Shown piece by piece: positions 1 through 8,433 of a stretch of 64,000 nucleotides of DNA; position 1 is the stretch's first letter; the number at the start of each line of letters is the position of its first letter. The position numbers and the translations under genes are program-made. The stretch covers positions 4,005 to 68,004 of the forward strand of contig VGVQ01000021.1 in the NCBI GenBank assembly GCA_016874005.1. Reading direction: 5' to 3'. The notes beneath the pieces were generated by a model, which had not been told where the DNA came from, made no database searches, and saw only the letters and a program-made list of their open reading frames with translations. This stretch comes from Gemmatimonadota bacterium (GTDB taxonomy: Bacteria > Gemmatimonadota > Gemmatimonadetes > Gemmatimonadales > GWC2-71-9).

Positions 1-90
1 CCGCTCCGGCGTCTTGTGGAGTCCGAGGCGCGTGGGGTCCTCGCCCAGCCCGTTGAGCAGGGCGAGGATGTGAGCGCTCAGGTCAGTCAC
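1..90 (-). CDS. folE: GTP cyclohydrolase I, N-terminal fragment running off the window
   Basis: Reverse strand from GTG at 90 reads (M)TDLSAHILALLNGLGEDPTRLGLHKTPER, matching the FolE GEDPxRxGLxxTPxR motif. The start overlaps the queD stop. Confidence 0.75.
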   Translation of the reverse strand, partial: MTDLSAHILALLNGLGEDPTRLGLHKTPER

Positions 91-496
91 CGACGTATTC
101 GACATAGTTGCGAGGCGTTTCCCAGAGTCTGATGAGGTGGAGCCGCCCGGCCGGCAGCCGATGGGCCAACTGTTCCCAGCAGAAGGCCGCGATGTTCTCG
201 GCCGACGGGATCCGGCTGGCGAACCAGGGAACGTCGAGGTTCAGGTTCTTGTGGTCGAGCGCCTCGACGATGTGCCGCTCCGCCAGGTCCTTGATGATCC
301 CGACATCCACGACGTACCCGGTCTTCGGGTCGATCGGCCCCTCGACCAGGATCTCGAGTTCGTAGTTGTGGCCGTGATAGTGGGGGTTGTTGCAGGGGCC
401 GAAGGTGGCGCGGTTCCAGTCCGCCGATTCCGCGGCGTTATGGAGCCGGTGGGCGGCGTTGAAGTGGACCCGTTTGGCTACCAGGCATTTCGCCAT
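83..496 (-). CDS. queD: 6-pyruvoyl/6-carboxy-tetrahydropterin synthase (PTPS/QueD family)
   Basis: FNAAHRL, CNNPHYHGHNY, LDHKNLN and LWETPRN motifs; adjacent to folE. Confidence 0.9.
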   Translation of the reverse strand: MAKCLVAKRVHFNAAHRLHNAAESADWNRATFGPCNNPHYHGHNYELEILVEGPIDPKTGYVVDVGIIKDLAERHIVEALDHKNLNLDVPWFASRIPSAENIAAFCWEQLAHRLPAGRLHLIRLWETPRNYVEYVGD

Positions 497-543
497 GACT
501 CGCCCTCGTTCGCCCCGCAGGATTGACCGGCCGGAAAACCAGA

Positions 544-576
544 GGGCGCCGACCCGACTCGCGTCGGTCGGCGCCC
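544..576 (-). terminator. GC-rich hairpin directly downstream of the putative 6S RNA
   Basis: GGGCGCCGAC-C-CGAC tcgc GTCG-GTCGGCGCCC. On the minus strand it is followed by TCTGGTTTT, an imperfect U-tract. Confidence 0.45.
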
Positions 577-580
577 CAAG

Positions 581-741
581 GTTGGCTGGCGGCTGGGAGG
601 TTTATTGAAGCCCGAAGTGGAATGTTCGGCGCCCTCACCGCTACGTCTGTCTTCCCCCGGGGGGCGTGGCATCGGTATCAGTATGTGGGCCCAGCTTCGG
701 ACCTGTTGGCTCAATAACGTGGTTCCCAGCCACCAGCCAAC
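581..741 (-). ncRNA. ssrS: Probable 6S RNA
   Basis: About 161 nt rod. Terminal arms GTTGGCTGGTGGCTGGG / CCCAGCCGCCAGCCAAC pair fully (one G-U), then TTATTGAGCC pairs with GGGCTTCAATAA, followed by a central unpaired region and an apical stem. A sigma70-like promoter lies 6 nt upstream and a hairpin downstream. Confidence 0.6.
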
Positions 742-747
742 GGATCT

Positions 748-776
748 ATAATAGGAAGAGATCGGAAGACCGTCAA
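748..776 (-). promoter_or_regulatory. sigma70-type promoter of the putative 6S RNA
   Basis: Minus strand TTGACG (776-771), 17 nt, TATTAT (753-748); predicted TSS about 741-742. Confidence 0.7.
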
Positions 777-785
777 CGCGGAAGG

Positions 786-956
786 ATGTCACCGGTGAGC
801 ATCGAACTGATTGGCGCCATTGTTGCACTGGCCGCGTGGTTCGTCTTGACGTTCCTGATCACGCCGGGCCTCGGGATCGTTCACGTCCTGCTGGCCGCGG
901 GGGTGGTGCTTTTGATTCGCTGGTGGGCCCTCAAGTTCGCCTCCGATCGAAACTGA
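786..956 (+). CDS. Small two-helix membrane protein, hypothetical
   Basis: MSPVSIELIGAIVALAAWFVLTFLITPGLGIVHVLLAAGVVLLIRWWALK has two hydrophobic stretches. GTG at 795 is an alternative start with better spacing to GGAAGGA. TATAAT at 747-752. Confidence 0.55.
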   Translation: MSPVSIELIGAIVALAAWFVLTFLITPGLGIVHVLLAAGVVLLIRWWALKFASDRN

Positions 957-978
957 CCGGCTCGGCTCTTTATCCGGC

Positions 979-1926
979 TCAGATCTCCCAGTTCGAGAAG
1001 GTCACCGGCCCGTCGTCGCTGACGGGCGGCGGACTGGCCCGTTCCATCCGGAGGTCGGTCCACTGGACCCGAAACCCCAGTCCGATCAGATCGCGGTAAG
1101 CCCCCGCGTAGGCGCTCTGGCAACGAATCGCCACCCGCTCGACCCCGCGACGGGCCCCTTCGGCGAGCAAGGTCTCCGCCAGGAGTCGGAAGGCGCCCCG
1201 GTCGCGGGCCGCCAGTTTGAGCACCCTGAGCTCGGTGGTGGATCGGGAACTCGACAACGGCACCGCGTGCCACAGCGCCGCGGCCGTCCAGCGATCGCCG
1301 CCCACGGCGGTGAGATCGCCTAACGTCGACGCCAGGGTCAGCTCGGTCTCCCGACGGACGTCGAGGCCGGGCTCGACCTCGTTCACCAGGGCATGGAACC
1401 GGTCGGTCGCCATCCCGGCCTCCCGTCCCGCGAACCGCTGCCCGGCCCGCGGCGGTACCCCGTGCAGGTCCCGAACCATCGACACCGTGAGATGGCCCGG
1501 GGTGAAGCCGAGCCGGCTGTAGAACCCGATATTCTCGATGGCCCGCGGCATCGTCTCGAGGCCGATCCGCCGGCAGCCCGCGTGCTCGAGGTACTCCACC
1601 CCGGCCGCCACGATGGTCTGGCCGAGGCCCCGGCCCTGCCAGTCGGTCCGCACCGCGAGCGGGCCCATCCATCCCTCGACGCCGTTGGCGTGGCCCAGGT
1701 TGAACGCGGCAACGCCGGCGTCGTCGCGCCAAACCATCGCCCCCGGACCCGCGGCCGCGATCGCGAACCGCCACACGGCCGGGTTGAGCTCGGGGACGCG
1801 GACCCCGGTCATCCCGTCGCGGTGGTAGCGGTCGGTGAACGCGTCGGAGAAAACCCGATTGACCTCGTCGATGTCGCCCGCGACCAACTGCGAGCGGACC
1901 AGGGAGGCGACCTCAGGCAGCGGCAT
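979..1926 (-). CDS. GNAT family N-acetyltransferase (tandem GNAT fold)
   Basis: GPLAVRTDWQGRGLGQTIV acetyl-CoA binding motif A and NIGFYSRLGF motif B; overlaps the sbcC end by 14 nt. Confidence 0.8.
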   Translation of the reverse strand: MPLPEVASLVRSQLVAGDIDEVNRVFSDAFTDRYHRDGMTGVRVPELNPAVWRFAIAAAGPGAMVWRDDAGVAAFNLGHANGVEGWMGPLAVRTDWQGRGLGQTIVAAGVEYLEHAGCRRIGLETMPRAIENIGFYSRLGFTPGHLTVSMVRDLHGVPPRAGQRFAGREAGMATDRFHALVNEVEPGLDVRRETELTLASTLGDLTAVGGDRWTAAALWHAVPLSSSRSTTELRVLKLAARDRGAFRLLAETLLAEGARRGVERVAIRCQSAYAGAYRDLIGLGFRVQWTDLRMERASPPPVSDDGPVTFSNWEI

Positions 1927-4342
1927 GGGAATCGAACCCGGCCCGCGGCGTTTCCTCCCGCGCCGTCGCGATGCCCCGTTCCACGTCGTAGTCGATCCGG
2001 ATCGCCCGGTCGAACGAGTCGCGGACCGACTCGATGTGGGTGATCAGGATGACCTGGGGGAATCGGTCGGCCAGGCTTCGCAACAGGTCGATGACCGCTG
2101 AGCGTCGCTCGTCGTCCAACGAGCCGAACACCTCGTCGAGCACCAGGAGCGAGAATGGCTGCCCCGCCCGATCGGCGATCATCTGGCTGATCGCCAGCCG
2201 GAGCGCCAGGTTGGCGATGTCTTCTTCGCCGCCCGAGAGCACGGTCTTGGGCTCCCCGTCGTCGACGATCGATGGCTCGTAGTCCTCGGTGATCTCGAGA
2301 TCGCTGTAGCGGCCGGCGGTCAGGTCGCGCAGTAGAATCGAGGCCGCATCCGAGAGATCGGGCCGGAGCGCGGCGTTGAGATCGTCGCGGAGGTCGGTGA
2401 ATGCCCTGTCCAACTCGGTATTGAAGAGCACCTCGCCCTTGAGCCGCTCGATCTCCGCCATTCGAGCATCTCGCTCGGCGCGGCGTCGCGCCACCGCGGC
2501 GCGGTGTTCCTCCGCGGCCTTCCGCTCCCCGTCGGCCCGGACCTGGGTCACCTGCCCGGTTTGCCGAGCCCGCTCAGCCTCGTGGAAGGCGTCGCGCGCC
2601 GCGTCGTACGAGGCCGCCGACCACCCCAGCCCGACCAAACGCTCCTTCAGGGCCGCGACCTGCGCCTCCAGACGCGAGAGGTTCTGCTCCGCCTCGGCCG
2701 CCTTGGGCACCAGCGCCGCGGCCCGCTCCGCCAGGGCCGCGAGCCGGGCGACCTGGGTCCGCAGCGGCTCCAAGGCGAGTAATCGATCGCGGACCCGCTT
2801 GTGGGTCGTCTCGTCGTAACTGGTCGGCACCTCGGCGAGTTTCGCCTCGAGGTCCGCGGCTCTGGCCTCCGCCGCGGCTCGCTCCGCCGCCACCCGCTGG
2901 CGCTCGGCGATGCCGGCATCGGCTCGCACCACGGCGGCTTGGTCGGCTCGACCATCCGCCGTGGCCGCCTCGAGGGTGGATCGCGCCTTCGACAACTCGG
3001 CAGGCTCCGGGGTGAGCTGATCGAGCCGATGGCGATAGAAGCGGCCCTCCTGCATCACCTCGGCGAGCGATGTCTCGAGGTCATCGAGCACCTTATCGTA
3101 CTCCTTGCCGAGCGGCTTGCCACAGGTCGGGCAGACCACCGTCGGGCCGACCTCGCGCAGTCGCTTCAGCTGCTTTTCGAGGTCGTCGTGCTGTTTGAGG
3201 AGACTCGCCCGCTTGGTGGCGGCGTCCTGTTTCTCTCGAACCCATTCGGCTTGGAGGTCCTCGAGCGCCACCGTGGCGGCGGCGACCCGTTCGGCCGTCG
3301 CCGCCGACTTGGCGCGGGCGGCAGCCAGCTGCTCGACGTCAGGCAGCCTGGCGAGGCGTTGGTCGTGATTGGCCAGGGCGCTCTTCACTTCCTTGAGCTC
3401 GGCTTGGACCGCCCGCCGGCCCGCGAAGGCGAGGCTCTCGGCATCGAGCCGATCGCGCTGCGCGGCCAGGGCATCCCACTCGGCGAGCCCCGGGGCCAGC
3501 TCGTCGCGTTTGGCGGCGGCCGCCATCGCCTCGACCAGGTCGCGATCGAGCTCCTGAAAGGCTCGCCGGGCCTCGGTGGCCTGATGCTCGGCGATCTGGA
3601 GGTCGGTCTCCACCGCCTGAACGGTCTCCCGCCGCTTCTCCCACTCTTCCCAAACCGGGCGCCGCTCGGCGACGAGCCGCTCGGCCAGCTCGAGACCGGC
3701 CCGCGCTTCGGCCACCGCCCTGGTGGCGCCGGCGATCCGGACGGTCGCCGCCTGCTCTTCCTGATCGAGCGTCTCCCGATCGATCAAGCCGGTCTCGGCG
3801 GTGGCGAGCGAGGCCCGGAGGGCCGAGCGCTCCTCCTTGAGCCCGATCTGAACGGTGGCCAGCCGCTCGTAGCCGAGCACCCGACTCAGGAACCGGGCCC
3901 GATCCGCGGCGGTCATCGCGGCCATGAAGGCGAGTTCCTTCTGGCCGGTGAAATAGGTGTTGAAGAACTCGTCGCGGCTCATCCCGAAGAGCCGGGTCAC
4001 TTGGTCGGTGACGGCCCCGGCGCTGTTGGCGATCGGGGCGGCCTCGCCGTCGAGATAGAACACCGCGCTCTGGAGCGACCGGACGATCCGGTATCGCCGG
4101 GCGCCTAACGTGAAGTCCAGCTCGACTTCCACCCGGGAACGGGCCGGGGCCGAGCGCCGGCGGATGGTATCGCGAGTCCCTCGGGCGGCCTGGGTGCCGT
4201 ACATGGCCCACGCGATCGCCTCGAGCAGGGTTGTCTTCCCCGCCCCGTTCGGTCCGACGATGCCGGTGAGGCCGGGCCCGAACTGGAGCGTGGTGTCGGC
4301 GTGCTGGCGAAAGTTCTGGAGCCGAAGGCGGTCGAGTTGCAT
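1913..4342 (-). CDS. sbcC: SbcC/Rad50-like SMC ATPase
   Basis: True start MQLDRLRLQNFRQH at 4342 (TGATG overlap with sbcD). Walker A GPNGAGKTT, coiled coil with CPTCG zinc hook, LSGGE signature, Walker B LVLDEVFGSLD. Confidence 0.9.
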   Translation of the reverse strand: MQLDRLRLQNFRQHADTTLQFGPGLTGIVGPNGAGKTTLLEAIAWAMYGTQAARGTRDTIRRRSAPARSRVEVELDFTLGARRYRIVRSLQSAVFYLDGEAAPIANSAGAVTDQVTRLFGMSRDEFFNTYFTGQKELAFMAAMTAADRARFLSRVLGYERLATVQIGLKEERSALRASLATAETGLIDRETLDQEEQAATVRIAGATRAVAEARAGLELAERLVAERRPVWEEWEKRRETVQAVETDLQIAEHQATEARRAFQELDRDLVEAMAAAAKRDELAPGLAEWDALAAQRDRLDAESLAFAGRRAVQAELKEVKSALANHDQRLARLPDVEQLAAARAKSAATAERVAAATVALEDLQAEWVREKQDAATKRASLLKQHDDLEKQLKRLREVGPTVVCPTCGKPLGKEYDKVLDDLETSLAEVMQEGRFYRHRLDQLTPEPAELSKARSTLEAATADGRADQAAVVRADAGIAERQRVAAERAAAEARAADLEAKLAEVPTSYDETTHKRVRDRLLALEPLRTQVARLAALAERAAALVPKAAEAEQNLSRLEAQVAALKERLVGLGWSAASYDAARDAFHEAERARQTGQVTQVRADGERKAAEEHRAAVARRRAERDARMAEIERLKGEVLFNTELDRAFTDLRDDLNAALRPDLSDAASILLRDLTAGRYSDLEITEDYEPSIVDDGEPKTVLSGGEEDIANLALRLAISQMIADRAGQPFSLLVLDEVFGSLDDERRSAVIDLLRSLADRFPQVILITHIESVRDSFDRAIRIDYDVERGIATAREETPRAGFDSHAAA

Positions 4343-5529
4343 CAGCCGGTTCCGCCAGGTTCGTACGGCACCGCTTCGAGCAAGGCGACGCCCCGAGCCA
4401 CGAATCGGTCGCGGTCGATCTGCTCCGGCAGCGGACGGCGGGCCAGAAACGCCCGGAGGGTATCGGCGAGAGTCTGCCGGGGCCCCGGGGCCTCGACCCC
4501 GATCGACCGGGCGGCGTCCGGCCGGCGGAGGTCGAGGTGGAAGTGGAGCGCCGCGGCCTTGGCCGCGCGGACGGCGGCATGATCGATCTCGCGGGCCACA
4601 TGGCGGGGGATGTCGAACACCCGGAGCCGAACGACCTGATCCGCGATCCCGCCAGGCACGGCCGCGAGTCGGGCGGCGATCTCCGCATCGAGTTCGGCGG
4701 CGGAGAGATCGCGGCCCTGGATGTATTTCAGATCGTAGAACCCGCGAGAAGCGGCGACATACTGCCGTTCCGGCGCGACGACCTCCCGATCGAGGTCGAC
4801 CAGGAGCCAGCCCTTCCCCTTGACGCCGCTCTTGCGCTGTTCCTCCAACTCGCCCCAGACGTTGAGGGTGACGTAGTCGAGCGCTCCGGCGTACCACACC
4901 CCCGGGCCGACCTCCCGCATCACGTGGTAGTGTCCGAGGGCCACGTACCGCCAGCCGCCGTGGGTCAGCTCCGAGCCGTCGATCAGCGCTCCTCCGGGCT
5001 CGGTCCACCAGTTGTCGAACTGGAACACCCCTTCGACCTCGCCGTGGACGGCGAGGACCTCGTAGCGGTGCTTCCGGGGAGCCCGGAATTGGAGCTTGTC
5101 GGCGCTAACCACTGCCTGGTGCGGCAGGGCCCGGACCAGGAGATCGAGGTCGGGGTAATAGAGGTCCTCGGCCTGGTCGGCGACGACGTCGATCCCCAGT
5201 TCACTGAAGAGCCGGAGAATCGAGCCGGTCTCGGTGGCGCGCGGGGTGTCGTGATTCCCCGCGATCAGGATGACCTTGGTCTCGGGCAGCGCGGTCCTGA
5301 GTCGCTGGAACTCGCGGAAGCAGAAGACGATCGACTGGTTGCTCGGCCGGACCGCGTGGAAGAGGTCCCCGGCGACGATGACCGCCTGGGGGGCTGCCAG
5401 AATCACCCCGTCGATCGCCCGCCGGAAGGCGTTGGCGACGTCGGCCTCGCGCTGGTTGATGCCAGCGGCGGTCTGCCGGTAGAACTGCCGGTAGCCGAGA
5501 TGGATGTCGCCGAGGTGAGCCAGTCGCAC
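4342..5529 (-). CDS. sbcD: SbcD/Mre11-like metallophosphoesterase nuclease
   Basis: HLGDIHLG, AGDLFH, AGNHD, HGE and LGHYH motifs; coupled to sbcC. Confidence 0.9.
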   Translation of the reverse strand: MRLAHLGDIHLGYRQFYRQTAAGINQREADVANAFRRAIDGVILAAPQAVIVAGDLFHAVRPSNQSIVFCFREFQRLRTALPETKVILIAGNHDTPRATETGSILRLFSELGIDVVADQAEDLYYPDLDLLVRALPHQAVVSADKLQFRAPRKHRYEVLAVHGEVEGVFQFDNWWTEPGGALIDGSELTHGGWRYVALGHYHVMREVGPGVWYAGALDYVTLNVWGELEEQRKSGVKGKGWLLVDLDREVVAPERQYVAASRGFYDLKYIQGRDLSAAELDAEIAARLAAVPGGIADQVVRLRVFDIPRHVAREIDHAAVRAAKAAALHFHLDLRRPDAARSIGVEAPGPRQTLADTLRAFLARRPLPEQIDRDRFVARGVALLEAVPYEPGGTG

Positions 5530-5540
5530 CCCGGAGTTTG

Positions 5541-5620
5541 GGGTGGTGGCCGCGGAAGGGCAAGCCTTCCTGGGGCGACGCCTGGAGGTCCTTCTCCCAC
5601 ACCCCCCGCAGCCCCCACCC
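5541..5620 (-). other. Structured GC-rich element in the sbcD leader (15-bp closing stem; also a G-quadruplex-type motif)
   Basis: Minus arms GGGTGGGGGCTGCGG / CCGCGGCCACCACCC pair at 14 of 15 positions, ending 11 nt before the sbcD GTG. Confidence 0.35.
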
Positions 5621-5859
5621 GAGCATCAAGGGGATCCACCGCGCCGGGGCCTGGCCGGTGATCTGTCGGAGCAGCCTAACGTCGGCCTACTTTCCGCGTC
5701 TGGCTCGAAGCCGAAGGTACCGCGTCGATCTCCGGCTCGGGTGCCGCCGAAGTGCCGCTTGCGTCCCCGGCGGATCGGCCCGTAATTACCATTTCGACAC
5801 GGGGACTCGTCCCTCCCCGGGTCCGACCTGACCCTCGCCCCTTCAGGGAACCCCGAATC

Positions 5860-7008
5860 ATGAGTTCCACCCGACGTGAATTTCTCAAGGTTGGCGCGAC
5901 CGCGACCGGCGCCCTCGCCCTCGGAATCGACCCCAGCCAAGGCGGCGTGATCCCGGCCCTGGCGGCCCCGCTCAAGATCTTGGTCCTCGGAGGCACCGGC
6001 TTCATCGGGCCCCACATGGTCCGACGGGCCCGGGAACGGGGCCACACCATCACCCTCTTCAATCGCGGCAGAAGCAACGACGACCTCTTTCCCGACCTCG
6101 AGACCCTGATCGGCGACCGCGACGGCAAGCTCGACGCGCTCAAGGGCCGGAAGTGGGACGCGGTGATCGATACCTCTGGCTATGTGCCTCGCCACGTCCG
6201 CGACTCGGCGAACCTGCTCAAGGGTAACGCCGACCAATACCTCTTCATCTCCACGGTCGCGGTCTACGCCGACTTCAAGAAGCCGGGCATCACCGAGGAC
6301 TACCCGGGCGGGGCGATGGCGGACCCGACCTTCGAGCGGGTCACCGGGGAGAGCTACGGACCCATGAAGGTCCTGGCCGAGAAGGCGGTCCAGGAGGCGT
6401 TCCCGACTGGGGCGATCATCGTCCGCCCGGGCTACATCGTGGGCCCGGGCGACAGCACCGACCGATGGACCTATTGGCCGGTCCGGGTGGCCGCGGGCGG
6501 CGAGCTGCTCGCTCCCGGGGAGCCGTCGTATCCGATGTCGATCATCGACGCCCGCGACCTGGCCGCGTTCGTGGTCACCCTGATCGAAAAGAAGAGCGCC
6601 GGCGTCTACAACGCGGTCGGGCCGACCAGGCCGGTGCCGATGGGCTCGATGCTCGAGCAGCTCAAGGCCATCACCAAGTCGAACGCGTCGTTCACCTGGG
6701 CCGACGCCGGCTGGCTCGCGGAGCAGAAAGCGACCTTCCCGATCTGGAACGCGCCGACGGGCGGCTACGCCCACCTCCACTCGGTCAGCAACGCCAAGGC
6801 GATCGCCGCCGGCCTGACGTTCCGGTCGCTCGCGCAGACGACAAAGGACACGCTCGAGTGGTGGAACGGGCTCCCGGAGGAACGTCGCGCCGCGATGCGA
6901 TCCGGCCTCCGCAAGGCACCCGAACTCGAGACACCCACGGCGCCGATGGCCAAACAGATGGAGGTGGAGACCCAGCTGCTCGCCGCCTGGAAGGCGCGCG
7001 GGAAATAA
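5860..7008 (+). CDS. NAD-dependent epimerase/dehydratase family protein with Tat signal peptide
   Basis: MSSTRREFLK twin-arginine leader, GGTGFIG Rossmann motif, YGPMK catalytic YxxxK. Confidence 0.85.
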   Translation: MSSTRREFLKVGATATGALALGIDPSQGGVIPALAAPLKILVLGGTGFIGPHMVRRARERGHTITLFNRGRSNDDLFPDLETLIGDRDGKLDALKGRKWDAVIDTSGYVPRHVRDSANLLKGNADQYLFISTVAVYADFKKPGITEDYPGGAMADPTFERVTGESYGPMKVLAEKAVQEAFPTGAIIVRPGYIVGPGDSTDRWTYWPVRVAAGGELLAPGEPSYPMSIIDARDLAAFVVTLIEKKSAGVYNAVGPTRPVPMGSMLEQLKAITKSNASFTWADAGWLAEQKATFPIWNAPTGGYAHLHSVSNAKAIAAGLTFRSLAQTTKDTLEWWNGLPEERRAAMRSGLRKAPELETPTAPMAKQMEVETQLLAAWKARGK

Positions 7009-7068
7009 CGTCTGAAAACGGTGGCGGCCGGGAGCGACCGACCGGCCGCCATCATCCTTCGACCAGCC

Positions 7069-8433
7069 ATGCCCAGACCCGATTCCGATCCCCCGCTCTC
7101 TGCCGAGGAGACCGAGTGCCTCCGCCGCGGGATCGACGAGGCGATGATCCGCTACGCCGGCGCCTTCACCCCGCTGATCGTCACCCGGGCCAGCGGGGCG
7201 GTGATGATCGACGAACGGGGCCGCCGGGTCCTCGACTTCACCTCTGGGCAGATGTGCGCGGTCCTGGGCCACAACCATCCCGACATCACCGCCGCGATCC
7301 ACCGGGCCACTCGGGAAGTGACCCACCTGCTCAGCACCATCCTCGCCCCCTCGGTGATCCGTCTCTGCCAGCGACTCGGGGCGCTGGTCCCGGATCCCCT
7401 CGCCAAGTCGATGCTGCTCAACACCGGCGCCGAGGCCAACGAAGCCGCGATTCGAATGGCCAAGCTCTTCACCGGCGGCTTCGAGGTCGTGAGCTTCGGA
7501 GGCTCGTGGCACGGGATGACCGGCGGCGCCTTCTCGAGCACCTTCTCGTTCGGGCGGCAGGGGTACGGTCCGCTGATGCCGGGAACCGGTGCGTTGCCGG
7601 CCCCCAACTGCTATCGCTGTCCGATCCGGCACTGCACCGACCGGTGCGACACCACCTGTCTCGAGGTGGGGTTCGAACTGATCGACCGGCAGACCACCGG
7701 CGCGCCGGCCGCGGTGATCGTGGAGCCGGTGTTGAGCGCGGCCGGCATCATCGACCTCGGGCCGGGCTACCTCGCGAAGCTCAAGACGATGGCCAACGAC
7801 CGCGGCTATCTCCTCATCCTCGACGAGGCTCAGACCGCCTTCGGGCGAGTGGGTGACCTGTTCGCTTTCGAGCGCGATGGGGTGCCGCCCGACATACTGA
7901 CCCTCTCGAAAACGTTAGGTGGTGGCCTCCCGCTCGCGGCCACGGTGACCAGCGCGGCGATCGAGGAGCGGTGCCACCAGGCGGGCTTCCTCTTCCTCAC
8001 CTCGCACGTCTCCGATCCCCTCCCGGCATACGTGGGGCTCGCGGTGCTCGAGATCATCGAGCGCGACCGGATCGTCGAACGGGCCCGGGAGACGGGCCGC
8101 TACCTCCGAGAGCAGCTCGAGGCGCTCCGGCGGGCCCACGAGTGCATCGGCGACGTTCGGGGCCGGGGCATGCTGCTCGGGATGGAGATCGTGCTCGATC
8201 GGGAGCGGAAAACCCCGGCGCCCGAGCTCGGTCACCAGATCATGGATCGGTGTCTCGAGCTGGGCTTGAGCATGAACATCGTCCGGCATCCCAAGGCGGG
8301 CAGCATCTTTCGGATCGCCCCGCCCCTCACCATCGAGCGACCCGAGGTGGACGAGGGTGTCGCCATCCTGGATCAGGCGATCGGCGAGTGCTGGCGCGCG
8401 GGCCAGTCCTCCGGGAGCAAATCGGGCGGCTGA
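7069..8433 (+). CDS. dgdA: 2,2-dialkylglycine decarboxylase-like class III PLP aminotransferase
   Basis: LDFTSGQMCAVLGHNHP, SWHGMTG, LILDEAQT, PDILTLSKTLG, SHVSDPLPA and LSMNIV...FRIAPPLT closely resemble DgdA as recalled. Confidence 0.75.
   Translation: MPRPDSDPPLSAEETECLRRGIDEAMIRYAGAFTPLIVTRASGAVMIDERGRRVLDFTSGQMCAVLGHNHPDITAAIHRATREVTHLLSTILAPSVIRLCQRLGALVPDPLAKSMLLNTGAEANEAAIRMAKLFTGGFEVVSFGGSWHGMTGGAFSSTFSFGRQGYGPLMPGTGALPAPNCYRCPIRHCTDRCDTTCLEVGFELIDRQTTGAPAAVIVEPVLSAAGIIDLGPGYLAKLKTMANDRGYLLILDEAQTAFGRVGDLFAFERDGVPPDILTLSKTLGGGLPLAATVTSAAIEERCHQAGFLFLTSHVSDPLPAYVGLAVLEIIERDRIVERARETGRYLREQLEALRRAHECIGDVRGRGMLLGMEIVLDRERKTPAPELGHQIMDRCLELGLSMNIVRHPKAGSIFRIAPPLTIERPEVDEGVAILDQAIGECWRAGQSSGSKSGG

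Noticed and set aside
581-741. Alternative identity as SRP RNA, tRNA or riboswitch
   Set aside because: Lacks the SRP domain IV GGAA/GCAG motif, a cloverleaf or T-loop, and known aptamer cores; the rod with central bubble fits 6S better.
4343-5008. N-terminal 222-aa extension of the sbcC ORF
   Set aside because: Overlaps sbcD in another frame; SbcC homology begins at ATG 4342.
7022-7051. 10-bp hairpin between the epimerase and dgdA
   Set aside because: No U-tract on the coding strand; an ordinary intercistronic stem.
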